This document shows, piece by piece, positions 1-14,114 of a stretch of 64,000 nt of DNA (position 1 is the stretch's first letter; the number at the start of each line of letters is the position of its first letter). The stretch comes from Anaeramoeba ignava BMAN. Taxonomy: Eukaryota > Protista > Anaeramoebae. The notes beneath the pieces are model-generated. The model was given only the letters and a program-made list of their open reading frames with translations. It searched no databases and had not been told where the DNA came from. The stretch covers positions 175,173 to 239,172 of the forward strand of contig JAPDFW010000098.1 in the NCBI GenBank assembly GCA_028826165.1. The letters run 5' to 3'. The position numbers and the translations under genes are program-made.

Positions 1-1557
1 AAAGAATCACGTGAGAAAGAAAAGAAAGAAATTGAGAATTTCGCAGCAAATGCTATTTTTGTTTCAGGAAATAAGGATAAAGATGAAAATGAAATTAAAA
101 TTGAAGATGAAGATGAAGATGAAGATGAAGATGAAAATAAAATTGAAAATAAAATTGAAAATCAAAATCAAAATAAAATTGAAAATCAAATTGAAAATCA
201 AAATAAAATTGAAGATGAAAATCAAAAAAATAATCAAATCAAAATTCGAATTCCAATTCCTATTAAAAATCAAAATCAAAACCAAAATGAAAATGAATAT
301 AAAATTCATTATCAAAATCAAAATCAATATAAATATCAAAACAAATACCAAAAACCAACAATAATTGATGATGAATCTCCCGTTTTTGAACCAGAAATTG
401 AATATCATTCTGAACAAAATCCCAATCCTTCTTATTCAAAAAAAACTTCAGAAGCAAAAGAAATATCAAGTGATTCAGATTTCGAATCAAAATTCCAAAA
501 ACCAAAAGTCATTGATTCATCAAGTGAATCTGAAGACACAGAATCAGATCAAGAAAAATTGCCAAAAAAACCCATCAATTCACATGAGGAATGGAGCTTT
601 GGTATTGTGAATAAAAAACTTGAAATATTGGATTCAGGAATAATTAAGATTGAAAATGATATTTTGTTCTTTAATCCAAAAAAATCAAAAGAAATCAAAA
701 AACCAATAATAGAAATTAAATTTTTTACTCATCCAAAACAAGATCAACTCGCAAGAATTCAATTTGATTCTTCAAATTCAGTTTTCATTATTCTTGAATC
801 TAAGCAAGAAAGATTAACTCTGATGAAATCTATTGAAGCTTCAAAAAGAAGACAAAGAAAACTTTTGAAAAACTCAAAATTGTTCCCAAAAAATAAATCA
901 AATGAAAAAATTATGAGAAATTTAAACTCAAATCTCAATCCCAAAAAATTCAAAATTGAAATTCTCAATTCAAAATTTGAAAAAACATCAAACGGAACAA
1001 TTGAACTTCGTGACATGAAATATATTCTTCAATATTCTTCAAGAACAATAACTGGATTTTGTGATGAAACATTGAAATTCAAAAAAAGTACTTCAAATCC
1101 GTTGATACTTTTATTGGAACAAACTGGAAATCCTTCAACAAAATTCCAATTTTTATCATCAAGTGATCGCAATGAATTTTTTGAAATGAAAAGAGCTCAA
1201 AAAAAGCTCATTTCAAGTATAAAAAGACAAAATATCCAAAAATCAAAGAAATCACTCAAATTAAATTCACCAAAATTAAATTCACCAGTTGTTTATAACA
1301 TTCAAATTCTTGATAATCAATTCAACTTCTTAAAAGATGGAAAAGTTGTAATTCGTTCTTCTTCTTTTGTTTTTTATTATGGAACTGAAAAGCAAATTTA
1401 TTCAGCTGAAAATGATTCAATCAAAACATTTCTTCATCCAAATCGCTCTAAAATTATGAGATTGGATTTAAATTCAAAACGTTTTTTTATTAGTTTTCAA
1501 TCTGAAAAAGAAAGACATGATTTTTTAACAAATTGGGAAAAAGTTTATTTGAATTAA
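1..1557 (+). CDS. 3' part of an uncharacterised protein with a low-complexity E/N/D region and three C-terminal PH-like modules (5' end outside the window)
   Basis: ORF 559-1557 extends upstream through NE/NQ repeats. Three ~110-aa units end in similar motifs (IILESKQERLTL / FQFLSSSDRNEF / ISFQSEKERHDF). Confidence 0.6.
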   Translation, partial: KESREKEKKEIENFAANAIFVSGNKDKDENEIKIEDEDEDEDEDENKIENKIENQNQNKIENQIENQNKIEDENQKNNQIKIRIPIPIKNQNQNQNENEYKIHYQNQNQYKYQNKYQKPTIIDDESPVFEPEIEYHSEQNPNPSYSKKTSEAKEISSDSDFESKFQKPKVIDSSSESEDTESDQEKLPKKPINSHEEWSFGIVNKKLEILDSGIIKIENDILFFNPKKSKEIKKPIIEIKFFTHPKQDQLARIQFDSSNSVFIILESKQERLTLMKSIEASKRRQRKLLKNSKLFPKNKSNEKIMRNLNSNLNPKKFKIEILNSKFEKTSNGTIELRDMKYILQYSSRTITGFCDETLKFKKSTSNPLILLLEQTGNPSTKFQFLSSSDRNEFFEMKRAQKKLISSIKRQNIQKSKKSLKLNSPKLNSPVVYNIQILDNQFNFLKDGKVVIRSSSFVFYYGTEKQIYSAENDSIKTFLHPNRSKIMRLDLNSKRFFISFQSEKERHDFLTNWEKVYLN

Positions 1558-1791
1558 AAACAAAAAAAAATAAATCAATTCAAATTAAGAAATGAAAAGA
1601 AAAAGAAACAAAAAAAAAATTTGGTTTTTATTTTTTTTATTTTTTTTTTTTGAATGAATTATTGAGAAGAATTGATCTCAATCAATATCAAAAAAATTTT
1701 TTTTTGAGTTGAAAAAGTAAAAAAAAAATCAAGAACTTTTTTTTTTGAAACGGTAAACTCATTAACTAAAAAAAAAAAAGAAAAAAAAAAT

Positions 1792-4700
1792 TTAGCAACA
1801 TTTCTTTTTCTTTTTTGATTTTGGATTTTTCTCAGTATCTTCTGGAATAACTAAAGCAGAAGTTGGAACAAATTCTGCATTAGCAGTATTTTCAAGGAAA
1901 TTACTATCTTTATCTTTAGCAACATCATAAATTCTTTTTAATAAATCAGTAAAGCATTCTTCAACATTAGTTGAATCCAAAGCAGATGTTTCAATAAAAG
2001 CTAATTGTTTTGATTCTGCAAGTTTTTGACCCTTTTTTTTTAATGAATTTTTTAATGAATTTTTTTAATGAATTTTAATTTCAATTTTATAAATGAATTT
2101 TATAAATGAATTTTAATTATTCACTTCTTCAACTGAAACTTGTCTTCTGTCTTTTAAATCAATCTTATTTCCAACTAAAGTTACAAATATATTTTGTTTA
2201 CAATTTTCAAAAACTTCATCAATCCATTTAGCTGCTCTTTCAAATGTAGTATGGTTAGTAGTATCATAAACAACAAGACCACCAACAGCACCTCGATAAT
2301 AACTTTTATATTTCAATTTAAATTTAATTTCAATTCAATTTAAAATCAATTCAATTTAAATTTAATTTCAATTTAGTTTCAATTTAAAATAAATTCAATT
2401 TAAAATCAATTCAATTTAAAATCAATTTAAAATCAATTTAATTTCAATTCAATTTCAATTTAAAATTAATTTAATTTCAATTTAAATTTCAATTTAATTT
2501 CATTTCAATTTCAATTTAAAATAAATTTAATTTCAATTCAATTTAAAATCAATTCAAAATCAATTTAAAATCAATTTAATTTCAATTTAAAATAAATTTA
2601 ATTTCAATTTAAAATCAATTTAAAATCAATTTAATTTCAATTTAATTTCAATTTAGTTTCAATTTAAAATCAATTTAAAATCAATTCAATTTAAAATCAA
2701 TTTAAAATCAATTTAAAATCAATTTAATTTCAATTTAATTTCAATTTAAAACCAATTCAAAATCAATTTAATTTCAATTTAAAATCAATTTAATTTCAAT
2801 TTAAAATCAATTTAATTTCAATTTAATTTCAATTTAATTTCAATTTAATTTCAATTTAATTTCAATTTAATTTCAATTTAATTTCAATTTAATTTCAATT
2901 TAAAATCAATTTAGTTTCAATTTAAAATCAATTTAAAATTATTAACCCTGCTGTAATTGCATTATATCTTTCTTGTCCTGCAGTATCCTAAAATTTAAAA
3001 TTTAAAATTTAAAATTCAGATTAAAGATTCAAATTTCAAATTTCAAATTTCAAATTAAAATTGTTTTTACCCAAATTTGTGCTTTAATAACTTTATCATC
3101 AAAATGAACAACTTTTGTTGAAAATTCAACACCAATCGTACTTTTTGAATCACTATCAAATTCATTTTTGCAGAATCTTGTTAATAAATTTGATTTTCCA
3201 ACAGCAGAATCACCTTTTTATAATTAAATTAATTTTATAAATAATTTTATATTTAATATTATATTTAATTTTATATTTAATTTTATATTTAATTTTGTAT
3301 TTAATTTTATATTTAATATTATATTTAATTTTTATATTTAATTTTATATTTAATTTTATATTTAATTTTGTATTTAATATTATATTTAATATTATATTTA
3401 ATTTTATATTTAATTTTATATTTAATTTTATATTTAATTTTTATATTTAATTTTATATTTAATTTTATATTTAATTTTTATATTTAATATTTATATTTAA
3501 TTTTATATTTAATTTTATATTTAATTTTATATTTAATTTTTATATTTAATTTTTATATTTAATTTTTATATTTAATTTTATATTTAATTTTTATATTTAA
3601 TTTTATATTTTATATTTAAATAATATTATATTTAATTTTTATATTTAATATTATATTTTAATTTTATATTTAATATTATATTTAATTTTGTATTTAATAT
3701 TATATTTAATTTTATATTTAATATTATATTTAATTTTATATTTAATATTATATTTAATTTTATATTTAATATTATATTTAATTTTTATATTTATTATATT
3801 TAATATATATTTAATTTTATATTTAATATTATATTTAATTTTATATTTTAATATTATATTTAATATTATATTTAATTTTATATTTAATTTTTATATTTAA
3901 TTTTATATATTTAATATTATATTTAATTTTATATTTAATATATTTAATATTATATTTAATATTATATTTTTATTATATTTAATTTTATATTTTTTTTTAT
4001 ATTTAATATTGTATTAAATTTTATATTTAATTTTGTATTTAATTTTGTAAAATAATTTTATATTTAATTTTATATTTAATTTTATATTTAATATTATATT
4101 TAATTTTTGTATTTAATTTTATATTTAATATTATATTTAATTTTATATTTAATTTTAAATTTTTATATTTAATTTTTATATTTAATTTTATATTTAATTT
4201 TATATTTAATTTTATATTTAATATTATATTTAATATTATATTTTTAAGGATTAATTTTATATTTAATTTTATATTTAAATTTTATATTTAATTTTATATT
4301 TAATATTATATTTAATTTTATATTTAATTTTATATTTAATTTTATATTTAATTTTATATTTAATTTTATATTTAATTTTATATTTAATATTATATTTAAT
4401 TTTATATTTAATTTTATATTTAATTTTATATTTAATTTTATATTTAATTTTATATTTAATATTATATTTAATATTATATTTAATTTTATATTTAATTTTG
4501 TATTTAATATTGTAAATAATTTTATAAATAATTTTATATTTGTAAATAATTTTGTAAATAATTTTGCATTTGAATTGTTTGGTATTTTTACCAACAAGCA
4601 AAATCTTAAATAAGAAATTTTCTCTTTCATCCATTTCATCTTCAATTACATGAGCCCCATCGTCACTACTATCACTTAAACTCTTTTTATCTTCATCTTC

Positions 4701-4943
4701 ATCTTTTTCTTTTTCTTTTTCTTTGTCATTGTCATTGTCATCTTGTTTTTCATTTTCAATGTCTTTTTCATCTTGTTTTTCATCTTGTTTTTCGTCTTGT
4801 TTTACATTTTCATCTTCATTTTTTGTAATCTCTTTATCTGACTTTTTTTTTTAATTTAAATTTTTTATTTAAATTTTTATTTCATTTGTTTTGTTTTTGC
4901 TTTTTAAAAAATATTATATATTAATTTAAATTAATTTTACCAT
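1792..4943 (-). CDS. RAB11: Rab11-like small GTPase with acidic N-terminal extension, 6 exons
   Basis: Spliced product contains [55 protein letters not shown] and a C-terminal KKKCC. All five introns are GT-AG and in phase. Confidence 0.85.
2305..2945. repeat. Intronic microsatellite (AATTTAATTTC / AATTTAAAATC units)
   Basis: Tandem ~11-bp units inside a Rab intron. Confidence 0.9.
3215..4560. repeat. Intronic microsatellite (TATATTTAATTT)n
   Basis: Tandem ~12-bp units filling Rab intron 2. Confidence 0.9.
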
Positions 4944-5273
4944 AATAAAAAAAGTAAAAAATAAAAGGAAAAAAATGAAAACATTAAATTCCAAAAAAAA
5001 ATTTTTTTTTGCTTTTTTTTTTAAATAAAAATAAAAATAAAAATAAAAGAGAATAAGAACAAAATTAAAATCAAAATTTAAATTGAAATTTAAAATTTTC
5101 TTAAACGGTTTATTTTGAAAAAAAAAAAAACGGAAAAATTGAAAGAAAGTGAAAAAAAGGATGAAGAATTAAAATTAGAATTAAAATTAGAATTAGAATT
5201 AGAATTAAAATTAGATTTAAAATTAGAATTAGAATTAAAATTAAAATTAGATTTAAAATTTAAATTGAAAGAA

Positions 5274-8200
5274 TTATTTTTTTTCATCTTTAACTAATTC
5301 CCATTCAATTTCTGATAAATTGTTTTCTTGATTAATTGAACTTATTGCATTTTGATCTGAAGCAAATTCAATCTTTCCAAACACTGAAATATAAATTTTC
5401 ACAAATCCTTTATATACTTTCACTTCTGCATTACGAATTACTGCAATATTATTAACATTAACTTTATCAATTTGCTCTATATTTTTGGATTTGAATTTAT
5501 ATTTATATTTATATTTTAAATATTTATATTTATATTTATATTTATATTTATATTTATATTTATATTTATATTTATATTTATATTTATATTTGTATTTATA
5601 TTTATATTTATATTTATATTTATATTTATATTTATATTTATATTTATATTTATATTTATATTTATATTTATATTTATATTTATATTTATATTTATATTTA
5701 TATTTATATTTATATTTATATTTATATTTATATTTATATTTATATTTATATTTATATTTATATTTATATTTATATTTATATTTATATTTATATTTATATT
5801 TATAATTATATTTATATTTATATTTATATTTATGTTTATATTTATGTTTATATTTATATTTATATTTATATTTTATATTTATATTTTATATTTCGTTTTT
5901 GTTTTTCATTTAATTTTTATTTTATTTTATATTTTATATTTTATATTTTATATTTATGTTTATATATTTATATTTTATATTTTATATTTTATGTTTATAT
6001 TTATTTATTTTTTTTATATTTATATTTTATGTTTATATTTATATTTATATTTCATATATTTTGTTTATTTTATATTTTATATTTATAATTATATTTATAT
6101 TTATATTTATATTTATATTTATATTTATATTTATATTTATATTTATGTTTATATTTTTATATTTTATTTTATGTTTATGTTTATATTTATGTTTATGTTT
6201 TATATTTTATGTTTATGTTTATTTTATGTTTATATTTATATTTATATTTATATTTATATTTATATTTATATTTATATTTATATTTATATTTATATTTATA
6301 TTTTATATTTATATTTATATTTATATTTATATTTATATTTATATTTATATTTATGTTTATATTTTATATTTTTTTTGTTTATTTTATTATATTTTATATT
6401 TATATTTATATTTATATTTATATTTATATTTATATTTATATTTATGTATTTATATTTATATTTATATTTATATTTTTATGTTTATATTTATTATTTATAT
6501 TTATATTTATATTTTATATTTATATTTATATTTATATTTATTTATATTTTATATTTTATATTTATTATTTATATTTTATATTTTATATTTATATTTATAT
6601 TTATATTTATATTTTATGTTTATATTTATATTTATATTTATATTTATATTTATATTTTATATTTATATTTATATTTATATTTATATTTATATTTTTATAT
6701 TTATATTTATGTTTATATATTTTATTTATGTTTATATTATATTTATATTTTTATTTTATATTTTATTTATATTTTATATTTTATGTTTTTATATTTTATA
6801 TTTATGTTTTTATATTTATATTTTATATTTATATTTTATTTATATTTTATATTTATATTTTATATTTATATTTATATTTATATTTATATTTTATATTTTT
6901 TATTTATATTTATATTTATATTTATGTTTATTTATATTTTATATTTATATTTATATTTTATATTTATATTTTATATTTATATTTATATTTATTTATGTTA
7001 TATTTATATTTTATATTTTATATTTATATTTATATTTTTATTTTTATTTATATTTATGTTTATATTTATATTTATATTTATATATATTTATATTTATGTT
7101 TATATTTATATTTATATTTATATTTATATTTTATATTTTATATTTTTTATTTTATATTTTATGTTTATATTTATATTTATATTTATATTTATATTTATAT
7201 TTTTATTTATATTTATATTTATTTATATTTATATTTATATTTATATTTATATTTATATTTATATTTATATTTATTTATATGTTTATATTTATATTTATAT
7301 TTTATTTTTATTTTATTTTATTTTATTTTATTTTTAATATTTATTTTTTTTTTTCGTTTTTATTTTTCATTTTAATATTAATTTTCGTTTTTATATTTTA
7401 ATTTTCATTTTCGTTTTTAATTTTAATTTTAATTTCGTTTTCATTTTAATTTAATTTTTTTTATATTTTCATTTTTTTCATTTTTCGTTTTTAATTTTTA
7501 TTTTATTTTTATTTTATATTTTTATATTTTATTTTTCATTTTTTATTTTTATTTTATATTTTATATTTTATATTTATATTTATATTTATATTTATATTTA
7601 TATTTATATTTATATTTATATTTTATATTTTATATTTATATTTATATTTATATTTATATTTATATTTATATTTATATTTATATTTATATTTATATTTATA
7701 TTTATATTTATATTTATATTTATATTTATATTTATATTTATATTTATATTTATATTTATATTTATATTTATATTTATATATTTATTTATATTTTATTTAT
7801 ATTTATATTTGCATTTATATTTATATTTTATATTTATATTTATATTTATATTTTATTTATATTTTATTTTATATTTTATATTTATTATATTTATATTTAG
7901 ATTTATATTTATATTTATAATTATATTTATATTTATATTTATATTTTAATATTTATTTTCATTTTAATTTCATTTTAATATTGATTTTAATTTTATATTT
8001 ATATTTATATTTATATTTATATTTAGATTTTCATTTTCATTTAATTTTATATTTATATTTATATTTTCATTTTAATTTTAATTTTAATTTTAATTTTCAT
8101 TTTAATTTTCATTTTGATTCAAAATCTTGAATAAAAGTAACAAGAAAAAAAAAACTGCAAACCATTTTTAAGAACAACAAGAATACAACCAGTTTCATCA

Positions 8201-8435
8201 CCAACTAGACATTCAGCTAATTTAGTATGAACACCAAGAATATCAGTTCGATCTAAAACAATTTTTTTTTCAAGAATTTTCACAATAACATTTACTCCTT
8301 TTAATTGAGGTTCTAATTGATCAATCTTTATAACTTTAAATAAGTAAAATAACGTAAATAAAAAGGAGAGTTGATTTTAATTTAATTTTTTTTATCAATT
8401 TTATAAAATTTACAAGTTGGTTTTATAAGAGACAT
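5274..8435 (-). CDS. Small single-OB-fold nucleic-acid-binding protein (SSB/RPA-like), 3 exons
   Basis: Spliced product [30 protein letters not shown]...[25 protein letters not shown]...[11 protein letters not shown]...FGKI...[11 protein letters not shown]. The VGDETG motif is typical of OB-fold proteins. The 2.7-kb intron spans about 5478-8162. Confidence 0.85.
5490..8110. repeat. Intronic (TTTATA)n microsatellite
   Basis: About 2.6 kb of a hexamer repeat; it explains the spurious YL/IF/YI ORFs. Confidence 0.95.
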
Positions 8436-8570
8436 AATATTTTTTTTTTAAAAGAAAAGGAAAAAAATGGAAAATTAAAAAATTAAAAAAAAAATTTTTT
8501 TCTCCTTTTTTATTTTTTATTTTTTTCATTTTTTTCATTTTTTTTTTCTTCTTTTTAAATTAAAAAAAAA
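8436..8570. promoter_or_regulatory. Putative 135-bp bidirectional promoter
   Basis: Head-to-head ATGs at 8435 (-) and 8571 (+). An A-tract half is followed by a T-tract half containing TTTCATTT motifs. Confidence 0.6.
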
Positions 8571-10598
8571 ATGTTTTCTTTATCAAAAAAAGTAATTGAT
8601 TCAAAATCTCCTTTTTCAAGATTATTTTCAAAAGTAGCAGTTGTTCTTTCAGGTTGCGGTAAGTAAATAATCTTCCTCATAAGATTCTCTTTATTAATTT
8701 ATTACTTTATAGGTGTTTATGATGGATCAGAAGTAATAAAAAAAAGAATAAAAAAATAACTGAAAAATAACGGAAAAAAAATTTATCAATTTTTACAAAA
8801 ACAAAAACAATTACAATAAACAAAGATACAAGAAGCAGTGTCTACATTAATTCATCTTTCCAAAAATGGGGCTGAATATCAATGTTTTGCTCCAAATAAA
8901 GAACAAATGCATGTTATTGATCATTTAAAAACTGAACCTACAAAAGAATCTCGAAATGTTTTAACTGAATCTGCTAGAATAGTTCGTGGAGATATAAAAC
9001 CTCTTAATGATATTAATATTAAAGAAATGGATGCTATTATTTTTCCTGGTGGTTTTGGTGCTGCTAAAGTATTTATTTTTACAAGAATTTGCAAAAAAAA
9101 TTTAAGAAGATATTTATATTTATTTAAATATTTACATTTATATTTATTTAAATATTTACATTTATATTTATATTTATATTTATATTTATATTTATATTTA
9201 TATTTATATTTATATTTATATTTATATTTATATTTATATTTATATTTATATTTATATTTATATTTATATTTATATTTATATTTATATTTATATTTATATT
9301 TATATTTATATTTATATTTATATTTATATTTATATTTATATTTATATTTATATTTATATTTATATTTATATTTATATTTTTATATTTATATTTTTATTTA
9401 TATTTTATATTTATATTTATTTATATTTTATTTATATTTATATTTATATTTTATATTTATATTTATATTATTTATATTTATATTTATATTTATATTTATA
9501 TTTATATTTATATTTTATTTTATATTTATATTTATATTTTATATTTATATTTATTTTGATATTTATATTTATATTTATGTTTATGTTTATGTTTATTTTA
9601 TGTTTATATTTTATATTTCATTTATATTTATATTTTATTTATTTTTATATTTATATTTATATTTATTTAAATATTTATATTTATATTTTATATTTATTTT
9701 TATATTTTTTATATATTTATATTTATATTTATTTTAATATTTATATATTTTTATATTTTTATTTTTATTTTAAATATTTTATATTCATTTATATTTATAT
9801 TTTATATTTAAATATTTATATTTATATTTTATATTTATATTTTATATTTTTAATTTATATATTTTATATTTTTTTTTTATATTTTATATTTTATGTTTAT
9901 TTATGTTTATATTTTATTTATATTTATATTTTATATTTATATTTATATTTATATTTTTATTTTATATTTATATTTATATTTATATTTATATTTATATTTA
10001 TATTTATATTTATATTTATATTTATATTTATATTTATATTTATATTTATATTTATATTTATATTTATATTTATATTTATATTTATATTTATATTTATATT
10101 TATATTTATATTTATATTTATTTAAATATTTATATTTATATTTATTTAAATATTTATATTTATTTAAATATTTATATTTATATTTATATTTATATTTATA
10201 TTTATATTTATATTTATATTTATTATTAATAATAAAAGAATTTAAGCGATTTTGCAACAAAAGGAAAAGATTTCGTAGTTGATACAGAAGTAGAGAAAAT
10301 ATTAAAAGAATTTCACAAACAAAAAAAACCTATTGGTTTAATATGTATTGCACCAGTTTTAGGAGCAAAAGTATTTAAAGATTGTATAGTTACTATTGGA
10401 GATGATCCAGGAGTTAAAGATGTTATTCAATCCGTTGGCGCTCGTCATAAAGATTTGGATCCTGAAGAGATTTGTGTTGATGATAAAAATTTAATTATCT
10501 CAACTCCTGCTTATATGAAGGCTCAAAAAATTAATGTTGTTTTTGATGGAATTGGTAAATTAGTCAAGAAAGTTCTTGAATTTACTGAAAAGAAATAA
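8571..10598 (+). CDS. GATD3: ES1/GATD3/ElbB-like DJ-1/PfpI-family protein (glyoxalase/deglycase), 4 exons
   Basis: [66 protein letters not shown]. Three in-phase GT-AG introns. Confidence 0.9.
9110..10225. repeat. Intronic (TTTATA)n microsatellite
   Basis: Hexamer tandem repeat in ES1 intron 3. Confidence 0.95.
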
Positions 10599-11000
10599 AT
10601 TCTTAATTTCTTTCTTAATTTCCTTTTCTTTCAATTTGATATTTTCTCTCAAAATAAAATTTAATCCAAATTTTGAAATGAATTTTTAATTGGAATTTGA
10701 AATAAATTTTGAAATAAATTTTGATTAAAATTTTTAATTGGAATTTGAAATAAATTTGAAATAAATTTGAAATAATTTTGAAATAAATTTGAAATAAATT
10801 TGAAATAATTTTTGAAATGAATTTTTAATTGAAATTTGAAATAAATTTTGAAATAAATTTTGATTAAAATTTTTAATTGGAATTTGAAATAAATTTGAAA
10901 TAAATTTTGAAATAAATTTTTTTAAAAATCGGATAAAATTATTTTCATTTTTTTCTTTTTCATTTTTTTCTTTTTCATTTTTTTCTTTTTCATTTTTCAA

Positions 11001-13856
11001 ATGAAATTTTTATTCATTTCATTTGCGTTAATTTTACATCTATCTTTCAAAACAAATGCATTAATTGAATCATTTAGTTATGAATCAGATGAAAAAGCAA
11101 TTCAATTTGATTTGTTTGGATATTTAAAAAATGGTACAATAGACATGAATATTGTAAACAGAAAAATAATAAAGAAAAAGAATTTTAAAACAAAAAAAAA
11201 ATTTAACTGAAATTTTTACAAAACCTAAAAAAAAAATTATTTATTTAATGAATTAAAGCAAGTTTCTGGAGATTCAAGCAATATAAATTATGTTGTTTGT
11301 TCTTATTCTGAGTTAAAAACAGTAAATTTCAATTTTAATTTCAATTTTAATTTTAATTTTAATTCAAATTTCAATTTTAATTTTAATTTCAATTTTAATT
11401 TTAATTTTAATTTCAAAATCAATTTTAATTTTAATATTAATTTCAATAATAATTTAAATATTAATTTGTAGACTAAAATTGACCAACAAAAATTATGCCA
11501 TAATTTATTTGATGAACAAAGTCTTCATTGTATAATTAATGAACAAATTATTAATAATACTTATTCTGGTTTTTATCGGATTACGAAAAAAGATCATTAT
11601 TTTTTCTTTGTCACAAATTGTCAATCTACAGGAAATCATAAATATACTGTTTGCTTTCTTTCTTTTTCTTTTATCTTTCAAACAATTTCAAAATCAAAAT
11701 CAAATTCAAAATCAAAATCAAATTCAAAATCAAATTCAAAATCAAAATTAAAATCAAAATTAAAATTAAAATCAAATTCAAATTCAAAATCAAAATCAAA
11801 ATCAAAATCAAATTCAAAATCAAAATCAAAATCAAAATTCAAAATTAAATTCAAAATTAAAATCAAAATTAAAATTAAAATTAAAATTAAAATCAAAATT
11901 AAAATCAAAATCAAAATTCAAATTCAAATTCAAAATCAAAATCAAAATTCAAAATTAAAATCAAAATTAAAATCAAAATCAAATTCAAAATCAAAATCAA
12001 AATTCAAAATCAAAATTAAAATCAAAATCAAATTCAAAATCAAAATAAGTTTGATTACACTTTAATGAATCCAAATGGTGAATATCTTAGTACAGATTAT
12101 ATTCCTTTGCCTGTTGTTTATTTGATTTTCATTTTTATTTGGATTGTTTTTATGATACTTTGGATATTCAACTGGATTAGACATAGAAAAACTAAAATTA
12201 ATCTTCATAGATTACTTTCTTTTACTTTATTCATAATGACAATAAATTTAATAGGACAATTCTTATATTGGAGAATTTTATCTACAAAAGGTAAAACAAA
12301 ATTAAATATAAAATTATTTATAAAATTATTTATAAAATTATTTATTAAAATTAATTATTAATTTAATTATAAAATTATTTATAAAATTATTTATAAAATT
12401 ATTTATTAAATTATTTATTAAATTATTTATTAAATTATATATAAAATTATTTATTTATTTATTTATAAATTTATTTATAAAATTATTTATAAAATTATTT
12501 ATAAAATTATTTATTAAATTATTTATTAAATTAAATATAAAATTAATTATAAAATTATTTATTAAATTATTTATTAAATTATTTATAAAATTAAATATAA
12601 AATTAATTATTAAATTATATATTAAATTTATTTATAAAATTAATTATAAAATTATTTATTAAATTATTTATTAAATTAATTATAAAATTATTTATTAAAT
12701 TATTTATAAAATTATTTATTAAATTATTTATTAAATTATTTATAAAATTATTTATTAAATTATTTATTAAACTATAATTAAATTAAATATAAAATTATTT
12801 ATAAAATTTAGGAAAAATCTCAATTAATATTTTTGCAGGAATTCTTTTAACAGATGCTTTATCACAATTTTTATTTTATATATCACTTTTATTTATCGCA
12901 AGAGGATGGAGTATTATTCACCCTGAACTTGATGGACAATCAGCTCGATATTCATTTACAATTGTTTTTTGTCTTGTTATATTTTCTGAATTACTGGCTG
13001 CAACATCAGGATTTTTTGCAACTTTATTCTTCTTTTTATGGTTGATTGCATATTTCTATTTGTTAAGAAGACTTTTTAGAACAACTAATGAAAATCAAAC
13101 AATGCTTAAAAATCAACTTATATTGATTAGAGATATGGATATAAATCCAACAACAACTCCAATTTATGAGAAATATGTTTTATTTAGAAAATTTAAAAAA
13201 GCAATAACAATTTATCTTTTCCTTCAAATATTGGTAAGTTATAATTAAATTCCAAAAAGTAAAATTGGAACAAATTAATTTTGATCCACTTTTTATATAT
13301 ATATATATTTTTTTTTCAAAATTTAGATCTATTTTATTGGATCTCTTTTCCTTTATTTTAGTCCTTGGATTACAGAATTACTTTTCTTAATTGCTTCTAC
13401 AATCCTTTCATTTGGAGTTGGTTTTACATTTCGTCTTAAATCATTCCATTCTTTATTTAATGATTTACCAAACACTGGATATTCAAATTTAGAAAATCAA
13501 AATAATTCGCAAAATGTAATAATATTTATTCTTAATCATTTTAAATTGATTATTGATTATTGATTATTTTTCTATTTTAGGAAGCAAATGAAGCAGAATT
13601 AATTGGTCCTAATCTTCGAACTTGGGATGGAGAAATTGAACTAGTAAATATTTTTAAAAAAAATTTTTGTTCTCATTTATTTATTTCTTATTTCTTTTAT
13701 TTTTATTAGTCTACATTACTCAAAAATAAACAAATGGAAGTTGATTTAACAAATGAATCTATGATTCTTGTTCAAAATCCTCAAGAAGATGATCATATAG
13801 CAGAAATTGATATTGCAATTCAATCAAATTTTGAAGATTCAAAAACTAAAAATTGA
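11001..13856 (+). CDS. GPR107/GPR108-like GOST-family (lung 7TM) protein, about 8 exons
   Basis: Signal peptide, FGYLKNGTI, MNPNGEYLSTDYIPLPVVY, LLFIARGWSI, KYVLFRKF and GFTFRL are consistent with the family. GT-AG introns. Confidence 0.75.
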
Positions 13857-14114
13857 ATACACAAAAAAATATTTTTTTTCTTTTTACTTTTTTTGCTTTT
13901 TTTACTTTTTTTTTTGTTCTAGAAAGAAAGAATGAATGAATGAATCAATAAATGAATCAATAAATGAAATCATTTTAATTTGAAAAATATTTTTTAAAAA
14001 AAGAAAAAGTAAAAAAAAGTTCGTAATTTGATTCATTATTTATTTTGATTTTTTTTTTTATAAATGAAGAAGATTTTATTCCAACAAAAAAAAAGCAAAA
14101 AAAAAAAAAATATT

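Noticed and set aside
3688-10282. Long ORFs of YL/IF/YI/KI dipeptides (e.g. 5832-7337, 5956-7401, 9556-10125)
   Set aside because: These are translations of intronic hexamer microsatellites lying between in-phase exons of real genes.
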